Assembly: GCA_963833125.1 (NCBI GenBank)
Contig: CAWHWX010000016.1
Span: 1 to 64,000 of the forward strand
DNA length: 64,000 bases
Origin: Candidatus Bathyarchaeota archaeon
GTDB lineage: Archaea; Thermoproteota; Bathyarchaeia; 40CM-2-53-6
Direction: 5' to 3'
Positions 1-9,966 of the stretch are shown here, piece by piece. A model generated the notes under the pieces. It searched no databases and was not told where the DNA came from. It saw only the letters and a list, made by a program, of their open reading frames with translations. Positions within the stretch are counted from its first letter, which is position 1. Each line of letters starts with the position of its first letter. Position numbers and translations under genes: made by a program.

Positions 1-225
1 CAAACCCATGATGGCCGCTGTCTGCGCGGGGTAGGGCCGGCGCAGGAGTTTTCCGACGAGCGGCGATGGCGCGTCATCAATCGAGTGTAACGGCGGGTAC
101 GATCCAAGGATTCTCTCACCGAGTTCCGAAGTGTAGGTTCTTAGATAAGTGGAAATATCAGGAGGCGCGGGCACAGTCTTCTCCTTTCAGTTCTTGTGAA
201 CGATTCTGTCTGGGCGGTGTTTGGT

Positions 226-390
226 TTACGAAGCTGTTTTCTGGAGGACGTCAGTTTTGTCGATGCCCGCTGCACTTTCGAGCACCAGCACAGGAATCTC
301 GGCAGTTGTTACGTGGAAATCGCAATGTTTAGGAATCGCCAGAAATGCAATCCCATCCTCGCCCACAACCATCTGCTCGCACTCGACAGC
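226..390 (-). pseudogene. C-terminal part of a hypothetical gene split by the RIT element
   Basis: Reads AVECEQMVVGEDGIAFLAIPKH...QKTAS*. Joins in frame with 3903-4242 when 391-3902 and one copy of CGACAGC are removed. Confidence 0.8.
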
Positions 391-411
391 TAATGTGTCG
401 CGACACATTAG
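390..411. repeat. 22-bp perfect palindrome at the left RIT end
   Basis: CTAATGTGTCG|CGACACATTAG; its arms share TAATGTG with the element ends. Confidence 0.9.
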
Positions 412-498
412 TCGTTTAATGTGGAGAGGTCGCTAATGTGGAGTTCTTGCCGTTGTCAACTTTAGGCATCGTGATCGTTGAATCTTCGACTCCACATT
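411..498. repeat. RIT left inverted repeat and recombinase-binding boxes
   Basis: GTCGTTTAATGTGGAG...TAATGTGGAGTT; AATGTGGAG boxes at 418 (+), 435 (+), 490 (-). Confidence 0.88.
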
Positions 499-555
499 TT
501 TGGGTAGCATCGGAGCGAGTGCCGAATGGCACTGACATCCCTTTAGGAGGCTCTG

Positions 556-1803
556 ATGCTTGCCACTCTTTCTCCCAAATCAGCACGACGCTATTTGTCG
601 CTCCCGTTGTTCGGCCCTGTCATTGATGATTTTGATTGTTGGCTATCCGAACAGGGCTACGCCCCCGGTTCGCGTCACAATCAACTTGTGATCGTTGCAC
701 AGCTAGACAGCTACCTGCGTCGGCGCGGTGTCCGCTGTATCCGGGAACTGACACCCGCGGTCTTCGATCGCTGTTGGCGTGTGTTCCATCGGCGTTTTTT
801 AACTCTGGCTGGAGCCGTGCATGTGCTGGAACGTTTCTTGGTAAGACAGAGATTAATCCGGCTCTCCCCCATCCCAGTTCCCAGCCCCATGAATCTCCAA
901 CTGCAGGCCTATTCGAACTATCTGCGCGAGGTGCGCGGATGTTCTCAGTCCACGCTTCAGAGCCATCTTCGCACTGCGACCCGGTTTCTGACCTTTCTCC
1001 GGGTTGATGAAAATCCGTCAGTGTTGGCACACGTCCAGGTTGGCCATCTTGAGGGGTTTGTGCGAAAGGAAAGCAAAGGTGTAAGTCGCGGAACTCTTCA
1101 GCACACGATTGCAGCATTGAGGGGCTTGCTGCGATTTCTGGCGGTCTCGGGTAGGGTCACTCCTGGGTTGGAGACCCAAATCGATACTCCGCTCCTTTAT
1201 AAAGAGGAACGACTCCCACGCGCTTTGCCTTGGGAGACGGTTCGGTCTTTCCTCCAATCGATTCCCCGGGCGACTCCGATGGGTCGCCGCGATCACGCCA
1301 TGTTTTTCCTCATTGCCACTTACGGCCTACGCGTTAGTGAAGTGGTGGCCCTAACACTGGATGACCTTGCCTGGCGATCCGCTCAGATTCGTATTTCCCA
1401 AGTGAAGATTCGCGGCGCGATGATTTTGCCCTTAATTGATGAAGTGGCGGCCGTGCTCGCGGACTATCTTAGACACGTACGGCGCCCCACGGGCTTGCGC
1501 CACCTTTTCTTTCGCGTTCGGGCGCCCTTCGGCCCACTTAAGCGGGCAGCTGTGTCCGAAGCCTTTCAGGCTTGGTCACGCCGCAGCGGATTGGATATTC
1601 CCTTTCAAGGTGCCCACTGTCTCCGCCATTCGTATGCCGTTCAACTGCTGCGCCATGGTACTTCGCTGAAGACGATTGGGGATATCCTCGGTCACCGGTC
1701 GCCGGAAAGTACTGCGCACTATTTGCGGCTTGCCACGGAAGATCTGCGCGAAGTCGGGCTGTCGGTGCCCCGGCCCAACTCCCAGATGGAGGTGCGGGCA
1801 TGA
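556..1803 (+). CDS. Tyrosine recombinase, RitA-like (415 aa)
   Basis: YGLRVSE, HCLRHSYA, LGHRSPESTAHY catalytic motifs. Confidence 0.92.
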   Translation: MLATLSPKSARRYLSLPLFGPVIDDFDCWLSEQGYAPGSRHNQLVIVAQLDSYLRRRGVRCIRELTPAVFDRCWRVFHRRFLTLAGAVHVLERFLVRQRLIRLSPIPVPSPMNLQLQAYSNYLREVRGCSQSTLQSHLRTATRFLTFLRVDENPSVLAHVQVGHLEGFVRKESKGVSRGTLQHTIAALRGLLRFLAVSGRVTPGLETQIDTPLLYKEERLPRALPWETVRSFLQSIPRATPMGRRDHAMFFLIATYGLRVSEVVALTLDDLAWRSAQIRISQVKIRGAMILPLIDEVAAVLADYLRHVRRPTGLRHLFFRVRAPFGPLKRAAVSEAFQAWSRRSGLDIPFQGAHCLRHSYAVQLLRHGTSLKTIGDILGHRSPESTAHYLRLATEDLREVGLSVPRPNSQMEVRA

Positions 1804-2798
1804 ACATCGCCTTCTCGTCATCTTTGGCTTTGCTCCTCCGACGTTACATTACCCTCAAACAGACTCTGGGACGAGAATATGTCAAGGAAACCAGAGTGTT
1901 GCTATCCCTCGACCAGTTCCTGGCCGATCCGAAGAACCCAGACCACAATCTCAATTTCGAAACCTTCCACCGGTGGTTTCAAAAAAAAGAAATACTTCGC
2001 CCTGGAACGCGAAGAACCGAAATGCGAATTGTGCGCAACTTCTGCCTCTATCGCCGCCGTAGTGAGCCCCAGTGCTTCGTGCCCGAGATCGCACTTTTTC
2101 CCCGACCCCATCAACCCCTCCAACCCTATATTTTCTCTCCAGCTGAAGTCCAGGAACTGCTTGCTCAGTGCTCGCGCCTGAGGCCCATACGCCATTCTCC
2201 CGCGCGGCCTCAAGTCTACCGCCTCGTCGTGGTGCTCCTGTTTACCACCGGAATGCGGTTGGGAGAACTGCTACGCCTGACCGTGGCAGACTACGACTCC
2301 CGACAGGGTACTTTGCTGATTCGGGCCTCCAAATTTCACAAGTCACGGCTTCTGCCTCTGCCCGACGATGTGCGGCGAGAGATCGAGGTCTATCTTGACG
2401 ATCGGCGGCGTCGCTCGCTGCCGATGACTCCTGATACCCCGTTCGTCTGGAACAGTTCGCACGGCGGACGCGCCTATGCGGCGTGTTCACTTTGGTGCGG
2501 GCTGCAACCACTCTTCAAGGGCGCGAAGATTCAGACTGCACAGGGCCGACACCCACGCATTCATGATTTTCGTCACAGTTTTGCTGTGAACGCCTTGGTA
2601 CGCTGGTACCAACAGGGCGCAGACGTTCAATCCAAGTTGCCGTTCCTGGCGGCTTATCTAGGGCATGCCACCCCCCTCTCGACCTACTATTACTTACATT
2701 TTGTCGAGCCCCTGCGGGCGCTGGCCAGCCAGCGCTTCGCCGAGCACTACGGGCGGTTGGTCAATCCCTACCTTCATCCGAAAGGAGGTGCTCGATGA
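1800..2798 (+). CDS. Tyrosine recombinase, RitB-like (332 aa)
   Basis: TGMRLGE, KFHKSR, HDFRHSFAV, YLGH..STYYY. Start moved to ATG 1800 (ATGA overlap with RitA). Confidence 0.92.
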   Translation: MNIAFSSSLALLLRRYITLKQTLGREYVKETRVLLSLDQFLADPKNPDHNLNFETFHRWFQKKEILRPGTRRTEMRIVRNFCLYRRRSEPQCFVPEIALFPRPHQPLQPYIFSPAEVQELLAQCSRLRPIRHSPARPQVYRLVVVLLFTTGMRLGELLRLTVADYDSRQGTLLIRASKFHKSRLLPLPDDVRREIEVYLDDRRRRSLPMTPDTPFVWNSSHGGRAYAACSLWCGLQPLFKGAKIQTAQGRHPRIHDFRHSFAVNALVRWYQQGADVQSKLPFLAAYLGHATPLSTYYYLHFVEPLRALASQRFAEHYGRLVNPYLHPKGGAR

Positions 2799-3808
2799 GC
2801 GTACCGCGCCCCAACCTACTGGCCACCTCCCTGCGGAACTTCTTTGGCGACTATCTACCCCGCCTCCGTGGCGTCAGTCCCCATACGATTCAGAGCTATC
2901 GTGACAGCCTTGTCCTGCTTCTGCGTTTCTTGGCTACCCAGGGGCACCGTGGGGTCGCCGATTTGGATCTTTCGGATCTCAACCCTACGGCAATGGTCGC
3001 CTTTCTGGCGCATTTGGAGCAGGAACGTAAGGTATGCATAGCAACGCGCAACGTCCGTTTGGCGGCTATTCACGCTTTCTTCCGCTTCTTCGCCGCCCAG
3101 CACCCCGATCAACTCGAAATGGCCCAGCGCATTTTGGGCATTCCCTTCAAACGTACTCCAAAACGCGGCGTGGAGTACCTCGAGGAGGAGGAAATCGAAG
3201 CCGTCCTTTCGGCCATCGACCGCTCCACTCGGGACGGACGACGCGATTACGTTTTGTTGGCAACCATGTTCAACTCAGGTGGCCGGGTCCAAGAAATTAT
3301 CGATCTTCGAGTTTGCGACCTTCAGTTGACTGCACCTTTTCAACTCCGACTTTTCGGTAAGGGTAGGAAGGAACGCTTCTGCCCTCTTTGGCCGCAAACG
3401 GCTCGGTTGTTGCGCGACTTTGCAAAGGAGCGACAGTTGGACATCCGGTCCGACACTCGCGTCTTCCTCAACCACCGCCAGCAGCCTTTAACGCGGTTCG
3501 GCGTCCGTTATATCCTGGCCAAGCATCTTCTCCGCGCGCGCCGCCAAGCGCCCAACCTCGCAAGGAAGAAACTTCATCCTCACAGCATCCGCCACAGCAA
3601 CGCCGTAGCCCTACTCAAGTCGGGCGTAGATCTTTCCACTATCAGTCAGTGGCTCGGACATGCCAGCCTAAATACCACCAACCACTATGCGACTGTCGAT
3701 TTGGAAATGAAGCGGCAGGCGATCGCACGCGTCCATCAAGTTCCGCGCAAGGGTGCGATTGCATGGCGGAAGAACCGTACGATTTTGGCGTGGCTGGAAG
3801 CGCTATAA
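2795..3808 (+). CDS. Tyrosine recombinase, RitC-like (337 aa)
   Basis: GGRVQE, GKGRKER, HSIRHS, WLGHASLNTTNHY; ATGA overlap with RitB. Confidence 0.92.
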   Translation: MSVPRPNLLATSLRNFFGDYLPRLRGVSPHTIQSYRDSLVLLLRFLATQGHRGVADLDLSDLNPTAMVAFLAHLEQERKVCIATRNVRLAAIHAFFRFFAAQHPDQLEMAQRILGIPFKRTPKRGVEYLEEEEIEAVLSAIDRSTRDGRRDYVLLATMFNSGGRVQEIIDLRVCDLQLTAPFQLRLFGKGRKERFCPLWPQTARLLRDFAKERQLDIRSDTRVFLNHRQQPLTRFGVRYILAKHLLRARRQAPNLARKKLHPHSIRHSNAVALLKSGVDLSTISQWLGHASLNTTNHYATVDLEMKRQAIARVHQVPRKGAIAWRKNRTILAWLEAL

Positions 3809-3818
3809 GACAGTTAGA

Positions 3819-3906
3819 AATGTGGAGTTGCTTTCGCTGTTAGCCTTGATTTCACGGGGCGCGGCGGGAGCAACTCCACGTTATTGAGACCTCCACATTA
3901 AACGAC
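3819..3906. repeat. RIT right inverted repeat and recombinase-binding boxes
   Basis: AACTCCACGTTA...CTCCACATTAAACGAC is the reverse complement of the left end; boxes at 3819 (+), 3874 (-), 3891 (-). Confidence 0.88.
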
Positions 3907-4242
3907 AGCAATTTGCTCTTCCACGGCGTGGAAGTCATCCGGTGCCGTGACGACTTCCAGCTTTTCGACCCCCAGAGCCTCCAGAATCTCGCCCACGGCC
4001 AGCATTGCGGTCTTCACATTTTCCGGCACGCCGCTGAAGTCGGCTCGTGGGCTGAGGTACTCTGCATGAAAATCCCAGTAATACGTCTCGTAGATCCATT
4101 CGTCAACCTTCTTGTAGTCCTTCAGGACCTGGATGCGTCGCAACGCGACATTCGCGAGTTCTCTCGTCAGTTCGACTAAAGCAAACTCGCACCCACCGTC
4201 GCAATACTGGTTACTACTCGAGACCCTCGGGAGCAGCGTCAT
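3903..4242 (-). pseudogene. N-terminal part of the hypothetical gene split by RIT (~165 aa when rejoined)
   Basis: ORF ends ...EEQIAVV* with the stop codon supplied by the RIT end. Confidence 0.8.
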
Positions 4243-5009
4243 GGATAGTCCTCCAAGCGAAACCTACGGATTGGCTTTTCTGGAGCGGCTTTGTTCGCCA
4301 GGTCGAGCGGCCAAGGCCCACCCTCTTCCTCCGGTTCCGACGAGACCACGCGCAGGAAATTCTTTGGGACCGTCCACGCAACAGGCCCGTTGTCGTCCGG
4401 AAACCGGATCTGCTCGCGCCTGAGAGCGTTGCCAATCCATTTCAGAAGAGTCTTCTTCGTTCCCAAGACGAGCGCGGGCGAGCACCCTACGCCTATCAGA
4501 GGTCGGATCGCATGCCGCCGCGTCAGTTCTTCCTTAAACCACCCCGCCCACTCCGGCGCCACGGGCAGTCCGAAGCGCTGGGCGATGCGATGCAGCACGA
4601 ACGTAGGATCATCGTCGCAAAGGACAGTGCGCTGGCCCTCCGGGTCCGCTCCGGGTCGCGTCTTCGCCAACTCTGCTGAAATCGCGACCAGATGTCGCAC
4701 CGGTCGCTTGCGACCGGGGAGATTCAGGGTTCCGCGAAAACACTCCGCCCCTTCGCCCAGCGTCACCGACATCGAGTCCAGACCGGGACCAGAAACCGTG
4801 AAGAATGCACCTTCGATGACCGCAGCCCACACCGCGGCTACATCCTGGTCACCTCCCACAACAGAGATCACATGCGCCTTCTCGGGATTGCGATCTTCCG
4901 TCGCAGGCTCGCCGATGAAGCGGTCGAGTTGAAGCCGGATGTCCGTGGTCGTGTCTTTCAACCTCTTGGTGAAGTGCAGGGTGCCGAACCGTTCGTAGGC
5001 GTTCTTCAT
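4239..5009 (-). CDS. Hypothetical protein (256 aa), backbone gene next to the DUF6094 methyltransferase
   Basis: Long ORF with GGAGG RBS; ATGA-coupled to the downstream gene. Confidence 0.75.
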   Translation of the reverse strand: MKNAYERFGTLHFTKRLKDTTTDIRLQLDRFIGEPATEDRNPEKAHVISVVGGDQDVAAVWAAVIEGAFFTVSGPGLDSMSVTLGEGAECFRGTLNLPGRKRPVRHLVAISAELAKTRPGADPEGQRTVLCDDDPTFVLHRIAQRFGLPVAPEWAGWFKEELTRRHAIRPLIGVGCSPALVLGTKKTLLKWIGNALRREQIRFPDDNGPVAWTVPKNFLRVVSSEPEEEGGPWPLDLANKAAPEKPIRRFRLEDYP

Positions 5010-5057
5010 CGTTTGCCTCCAAGCTCGTGCCCCAGAGCTGGGAAGAATTTGTCCAGC

Positions 5058-6087
5058 TCACTTCAGGATTGCAGTCTCGCCAGTTGTAAACACCAATGTG
5101 AGTTCGTTCGAAAACGACTCCTTCTCGTGTATTGTGATCGTCCCGTCCTCGTCTTCCTCTTCGCTTTTGTCAACGACTTTCACGGACTGCCAGAAAGAAA
5201 GGTGGCGGTTTTCCTTGGAGCCAAAATTTCCATTGAGGAGCCCGGCACAAGCTAAAATTCCCACGTGCCCGGCATGCAATGGGGTTAATGGCCGCCCGAT
5301 AATAGACGACTGCTCAGCGAACAAGATGCGCCCGGCCTGTCGGTACGCCGCCGAGCGCGGCAACAGATCCTCGATTTCATCGAGCGGCAGGCCGCGATGC
5401 ACAAGTTGCACCGGGCCACTTTCCGGCACACAGATATTGCGTTTCTGGCTCCGAAGGAAGAACGGGGAGCCGCGCCGCGTTTCTCGCTAAATTCGCAAAC
5501 TGAAGACGCGCGCGTGTGATGTCGCTGTCCTGAAGCCGTTCCCTCTCCCGCCGACTGCGGCGCACCGCAAACACGACCACCTGCTTATAGCGGACGCACT
5601 CCGTTTCGCTAAGACGGTACAAGCGAGTGTCACGGAACTGCACAGCCAGAGTGTGACTACACTCGGCGATGCGTTCACCGGGAATCACCAGCACCAGGAT
5701 GGCGCCCGGTTTGAGCCAGCGATAGATGTGAGCCAGGAAGACCGGCTCCACGCGTTCGCTTCGGCTCTCGCCAATGCTCCAGTCGTACGGCGGGTTGAGA
5801 TACAGCAGCGAAAAGGATTCGGCCGGGCAGTGCACGTCCAGGCAGCTTCCTTGCACAATCTGGTCCGCGACCCCTGATGCTTGCGCGGCGCGAAAAGAGT
5901 CCAACTCAATCCCATACCGTTGCACTGGCGCGTCCGCCGTAATGGCAGCAAGCGCCACGCTGTCGCCAATGCATGGATCCAAGGCGGCGCATGGTACTGC
6001 GGGGAACTGCAAGAATTTTCGGATACGCTGGGCCTCGGCTGATGGTAATGGGTAGAAGCCGAGCCGGCTTTTGCCCTGGAATCTCAA
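5058..6087 (-). CDS. DUF6094-type SAM-dependent DNA methyltransferase (frameshift ~5435)
   Basis: LGFYPLP, LDPCIGDS, YGIELD and LNPPY motifs in 5377-6087; C-terminal PLTPLHAGH..AGLLNG in 5058-5429. Confidence 0.78.
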
Positions 6088-6180
6088 GCAGGTGCTCCTC
6101 TCTCAGGAAGACTCGTCTGGAATTTTTTTGGCAGGTGCAAACCCCACCGACGTAAGTAAATGAAAACAGAATAGATAGCC

Positions 6181-6214
6181 GCCGTTTGACAGGCTCGCTG
6201 TTTCGCTCTAATTT
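6181..6214 (+). promoter_or_regulatory. Sigma70-like promoter with shared GCCGTTTGACAG motif
   Basis: TTGACA (6186), 17-nt spacer, TAATTT (6209); ATG at 6221. Confidence 0.6.
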
Positions 6215-6220
6215 GTGGCC

Positions 6221-7750
6221 ATGGCGGAAGCTGTGAGGCCAGCGGCGGCTCATCGGGCTGAGGTTTGCAACGTAAAGGAGAATGGCCAAAAGGTGGAGTG
6301 TGTCGTTCGAGACGGAGGCTCCGTGCTAGTGTCCAGGTTTCTCGGTGGCTACATTCTTCCCGGAGACACGATCGAGCTTGGTCTTCCCTCTGAATCCCCC
6401 GATGGCGGGACAGAAGTCCTCGTTCACAAGGGTTCCAGCTCGAAGTCGAAGGATGTCTACCAAGCTCCCATCGGCTCTGTAACCAAACCAAAAGAGGACA
6501 AGCGAGGCCAGATGTATTCCTTGGCTGAAGTCCGTGGAAACTCACTCGGAATATCCACTGTCCGGCTCAATTGCGATGTCGTGCGGAATTACTTTTATGT
6601 GCCGAGGTGGGCCTCCCGGCGCAATCAGGAGCAGCCAAACTTCTATCAGGTTCTCAAGGCGAGCCCGAGCGCCTCGCTCGCTGAACTGCGGTTGGCGTAC
6701 AGGCTTCGAGAGCTGGAACTCAGAACCGTGAGGGCGGGACGCGACGAACTCTCAACTGCCGAGCGAGCTTTCAACATCCTGGCTGAGCCTGAGTTGCGCG
6801 CCTGTTACGACGCTCTCCTGAGAGATCCTGAGATTCCCGTGGTTTTTCCTTACGGAGGATTCGGACCCTTGGTGGTGGAAGGCGAGCGCTCGCGGGACGG
6901 GAAGACGTTTTTCGCGCACCGCATTCTTGCTTTCTTGCCGGACCGCCGCAAGCGCCGCTTCAAGGCACCTCTGCGGAAGTTCCAGTTTTGTGCCGATCGG
7001 GCCATCTACCGCGACGCGCGCCGCAGGTTGGAGCTAGCGGTGGACCAAGCTGCATTACCTCTCCTTTGGGATCAAACCTGGAATCAGTGGAAACATCTGC
7101 TCGGCGTGAAGGTAGACGTTCAAGCCACATTTCTCCAGACCGGCGTGTATCGAATGAAGGGGAGTCAATGGAACCTGGTAAGCCGGGAGAAAGCTCTTCC
7201 CAGCCGCCTCCGCGTAGGATTACCCACGAACATCAACGAACAAATTGAGGCAGCGCGCCACACCCACCATCGGTTTGGGCAGTTTTCGGATTTCTTCGAG
7301 CGCCTCCGGGCCCGGATTGCGCGGGAGCCAGTCGCAATGTCAGAGATCGAGCGGTTGTGCGGAGAAGCAGGAATTCCCGGTAACTTTGACGCCGCTGAAA
7401 TTACGTGGCAACCGGATTTTGACCCCTTTTTCTATCGGCAGCTTCGCAATCGCGCGAGGCGATTTTATCTTTTCAGGAATGAGTACATCCTCGAACTGGA
7501 GAGTGCCATGGTCGTCGAAACGCCGCAGCTTGGCCACGCGACTTATCTCTTTGCAAAACCCAGCAGCATGGAGCAATTCCTCTCCGTCTACACTCGCATC
7601 ACGAAAGAGGACATCCGGCAGAACCGCGGCAATGTAGCCGAGAAGCTCGGCTTTGTGGGTCGGGTTATTCACGGCTCTAATCCGCGGTTGTGGCTGAAGA
7701 ATCTGAAGGCCCTTCTCGGCGAAGACTCTACGTCCCAATTCGAGATTTGA
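6221..7750 (+). CDS. Protein with a degenerate J-domain-like segment (509 aa)
   Basis: NFYQVLKASPSASLAELRLAYR...AERAFNILAEPELRACYD resembles a J domain but lacks HPD. Confidence 0.7.
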   Translation: MAEAVRPAAAHRAEVCNVKENGQKVECVVRDGGSVLVSRFLGGYILPGDTIELGLPSESPDGGTEVLVHKGSSSKSKDVYQAPIGSVTKPKEDKRGQMYSLAEVRGNSLGISTVRLNCDVVRNYFYVPRWASRRNQEQPNFYQVLKASPSASLAELRLAYRLRELELRTVRAGRDELSTAERAFNILAEPELRACYDALLRDPEIPVVFPYGGFGPLVVEGERSRDGKTFFAHRILAFLPDRRKRRFKAPLRKFQFCADRAIYRDARRRLELAVDQAALPLLWDQTWNQWKHLLGVKVDVQATFLQTGVYRMKGSQWNLVSREKALPSRLRVGLPTNINEQIEAARHTHHRFGQFSDFFERLRARIAREPVAMSEIERLCGEAGIPGNFDAAEITWQPDFDPFFYRQLRNRARRFYLFRNEYILELESAMVVETPQLGHATYLFAKPSSMEQFLSVYTRITKEDIRQNRGNVAEKLGFVGRVIHGSNPRLWLKNLKALLGEDSTSQFEI

Positions 7751-7913
7751 CTTCGGGTGCGGGATTGTCTACGGTTATGCCGCGATTGTCTATACCTTTG
7801 TTTTCCGCCCATCACTCTTTGACTGACCTCGCTCGCAGAACGGGAACAATTGCGGAGAGTTGTGGGCGTCAATCTCGTTTGGCGTGAGAAAGGCCTCGTC
7901 AGCACCGGGCAGC

Positions 7914-8042
7914 TCATACGTAGTCGAGAAGATGAGCAACGATATAGATTGCGCTTCCTACAGCAGCCGCCAGAAGCAAATAGCCGATGGCCTGCCACAT
8001 GAAACCGCGAAGACCTCTGAATTGGTTTTGGGGTTCAGACAT
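7914..8042 (-). CDS. Possible small membrane protein (42 aa)
   Basis: One hydrophobic helix (AIGYLLLAAAVGSAIYIVAHLL); upstream GGAGAG. Confidence 0.35.
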   Translation of the reverse strand: MSEPQNQFRGLRGFMWQAIGYLLLAAAVGSAIYIVAHLLDYV

Positions 8043-8295
8043 GTGGGCTCTCCAGTGCTGTATCAGGGGGTGCAAGCGATCTCGGCCGCTTGCGGCGCAT
8101 GATGGGCGCATCTCAGTTGAGTCACGAGTTGAAGGCGGTGCGACTCGGCAAGACGAAAAGAGTGTGAGAAAACCCGAGTTAGGTATGACCTTTGGCCGCG
8201 ATGGTGTCCGAGTCCATCAGGACATCGCCGCGAGGTAGGTTGAAAGAATCAAAAATATGAAAGTGAACTAATCGGGCGAGAAGCGGCGTGCGGTG

Positions 8296-8673
8296 TCATG
8301 CCCTGCTCCGAACACTCTTTGAACGCCTCCGGAGTCGTGTCCATAGTGAAGCGTCAATGGGCAGGCGACTGCTTACACCGGTTGAGAGGTTGATGAAACC
8401 GCCGTGGTAACAAACCATGCCATACCGGAACAACCGGGCCAGCAACGCCAGAGCGTGTTGCGCGAGGGTCGAGTTTACAAACGGTTCCTGCCGCTCCAAA
8501 GCCTCAGCCGCGCTGCAGCTCGGCTCGCCGTCGTCGTCGAGACTCGAATCCACTATCTCAGGAAAGAGCTCCGCCGCAGACCTCAGACGGAGTTTCGCCC
8601 TGCGGTTCCGCTCGTTGAGCGGTTCCCCAAGCACGAACTGTCCACTGTCGGCATTGTTGCCGATGTCGAGCCA
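8296..8673 (-). pseudogene. C-terminal half of the resident PRTRC ThiF/E1 gene, split by insertion
   Basis: Reads WLDIGNNADSGQFVLGEP...PSCSAAEALERQ...; in frame with 18145-18582. Confidence 0.92.
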
Positions 8674-8838
8674 TTATCTCAGCGGTTTTTCTTGTATGTT
8701 TGATTTGAATGACAGAGGTTTTCCAGGATCTGACCTTCCTTGAATCCAGACTTATATTCACCTACCCGGACTCATTCATTTCCTGGCTTTCGAGCGCAGT
8801 CTGCTAACCGACCGAGTTAGAGTTCGTCTCATGGCTGT

Positions 8839-9930
8839 ATGCACGTGTTCTTCGACTCGAACAGGCGACCGTTTCTTCTGGACTCCCAGATGAAGTGGGA
8901 AGTCGAGCCGAACGCCTTTTTGACAAGGATGAGCTTGGTCAGCGGCAAGACCAGTTCGCCACGAACCTGGAGGAGTTACGCCTATCAGATGGCGGATTGG
9001 TTGAGCTTCAGCGAGCGGACCAATTTAGATTGGAGGCACGCGAGCGAACTTAACCTGGCGACCTACCGGAATATTCTTGCAGCAGAGCCGAGTCCACAGA
9101 CCGCCCGGCCGCTGAAGCGAAGCTCCATCAATCACAAATTGACCGTGATCTGCCAATTCTACAAGTTCGCCCACCGCAAAGGCTGGGTCGATGGACTTCC
9201 CTTCGAACTGGAAGCAGCTCGAATTCCTCACAATGTCCAGGCCAATCTTTCCCTACAGACCCAGCCGATTTCTCGCTTGTGGCTTAGGAACAGCTTGAAG
9301 CTTCGGGATCTTCGGGAGGAATTATCAATTCCATCTCGACAAGAGGTGCGGCGATTCATAAAAAGCTTCCGGGCTTGGCGGGATCAACTGATAGCCGAGA
9401 TCATGTGGCTGACGGGGATGCGGTCTGCCGAGGTGTGCTCGCTGCCACTGAATGCACTTCCCGAAGCCCCGGGCTCATTGGAAAAGGAAACCGTAGCCAT
9501 CAAGATCACAGGTAAGGGACAGAAGCAGAGAGCGGTTCTCTTTCCGATCCGATTGCTTCGATCGATTGAGAAATACATTCACATGGAGCGTTGGCGTCGG
9601 GTGAAGAGCAATTGGGAAACCCCTGGCAGTGTGTTTGTGGGACGAACGGGAAAACCGCTCCGCACGTCCGCGATCAATCGTGTGTTCTCGACCAACTACA
9701 AACGGTCGGGCTTGCACATCTGGCCTCACTTGCTGCGCCACTGTTATGCCGTCGAGCGATTGGCTTACCTCGAAGATATTGGTGGCCCTAATCCGCTAAA
9801 GGTGGTGCAGATGGAACTGGGGCACGCGCACATGGCAACGACGGAAAAATATCTTCATCTCACCGAGCGAATGCGAAGCGAGATGATCGAAACCCACAAC
9901 AGCTTCGTGGACCGGCTGCTGGAAGGTTGA
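8839..9930 (+). CDS. Tyrosine recombinase, TnpA/IntA-like (363 aa)
   Basis: TGMRSAE, GKGQKQR, HLLRHCYA, LGHAHMATTEKY. Confidence 0.92.
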   Translation: MHVFFDSNRRPFLLDSQMKWEVEPNAFLTRMSLVSGKTSSPRTWRSYAYQMADWLSFSERTNLDWRHASELNLATYRNILAAEPSPQTARPLKRSSINHKLTVICQFYKFAHRKGWVDGLPFELEAARIPHNVQANLSLQTQPISRLWLRNSLKLRDLREELSIPSRQEVRRFIKSFRAWRDQLIAEIMWLTGMRSAEVCSLPLNALPEAPGSLEKETVAIKITGKGQKQRAVLFPIRLLRSIEKYIHMERWRRVKSNWETPGSVFVGRTGKPLRTSAINRVFSTNYKRSGLHIWPHLLRHCYAVERLAYLEDIGGPNPLKVVQMELGHAHMATTEKYLHLTERMRSEMIETHNSFVDRLLEG

Positions 9931-9966
9931 GCTACGCGAAAAGACGGCACTGGACGGCGATGGGCC

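Larger units (their letters stand above)
391..3902 (+). mobile_element. RIT (recombinase-in-trio) element
   Basis: Three co-oriented tyrosine recombinases with ATGA overlaps, terminal inverted repeats, and a 7-bp direct repeat CGACAGC at 384-390 and 3903-3909. Confidence 0.93.
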
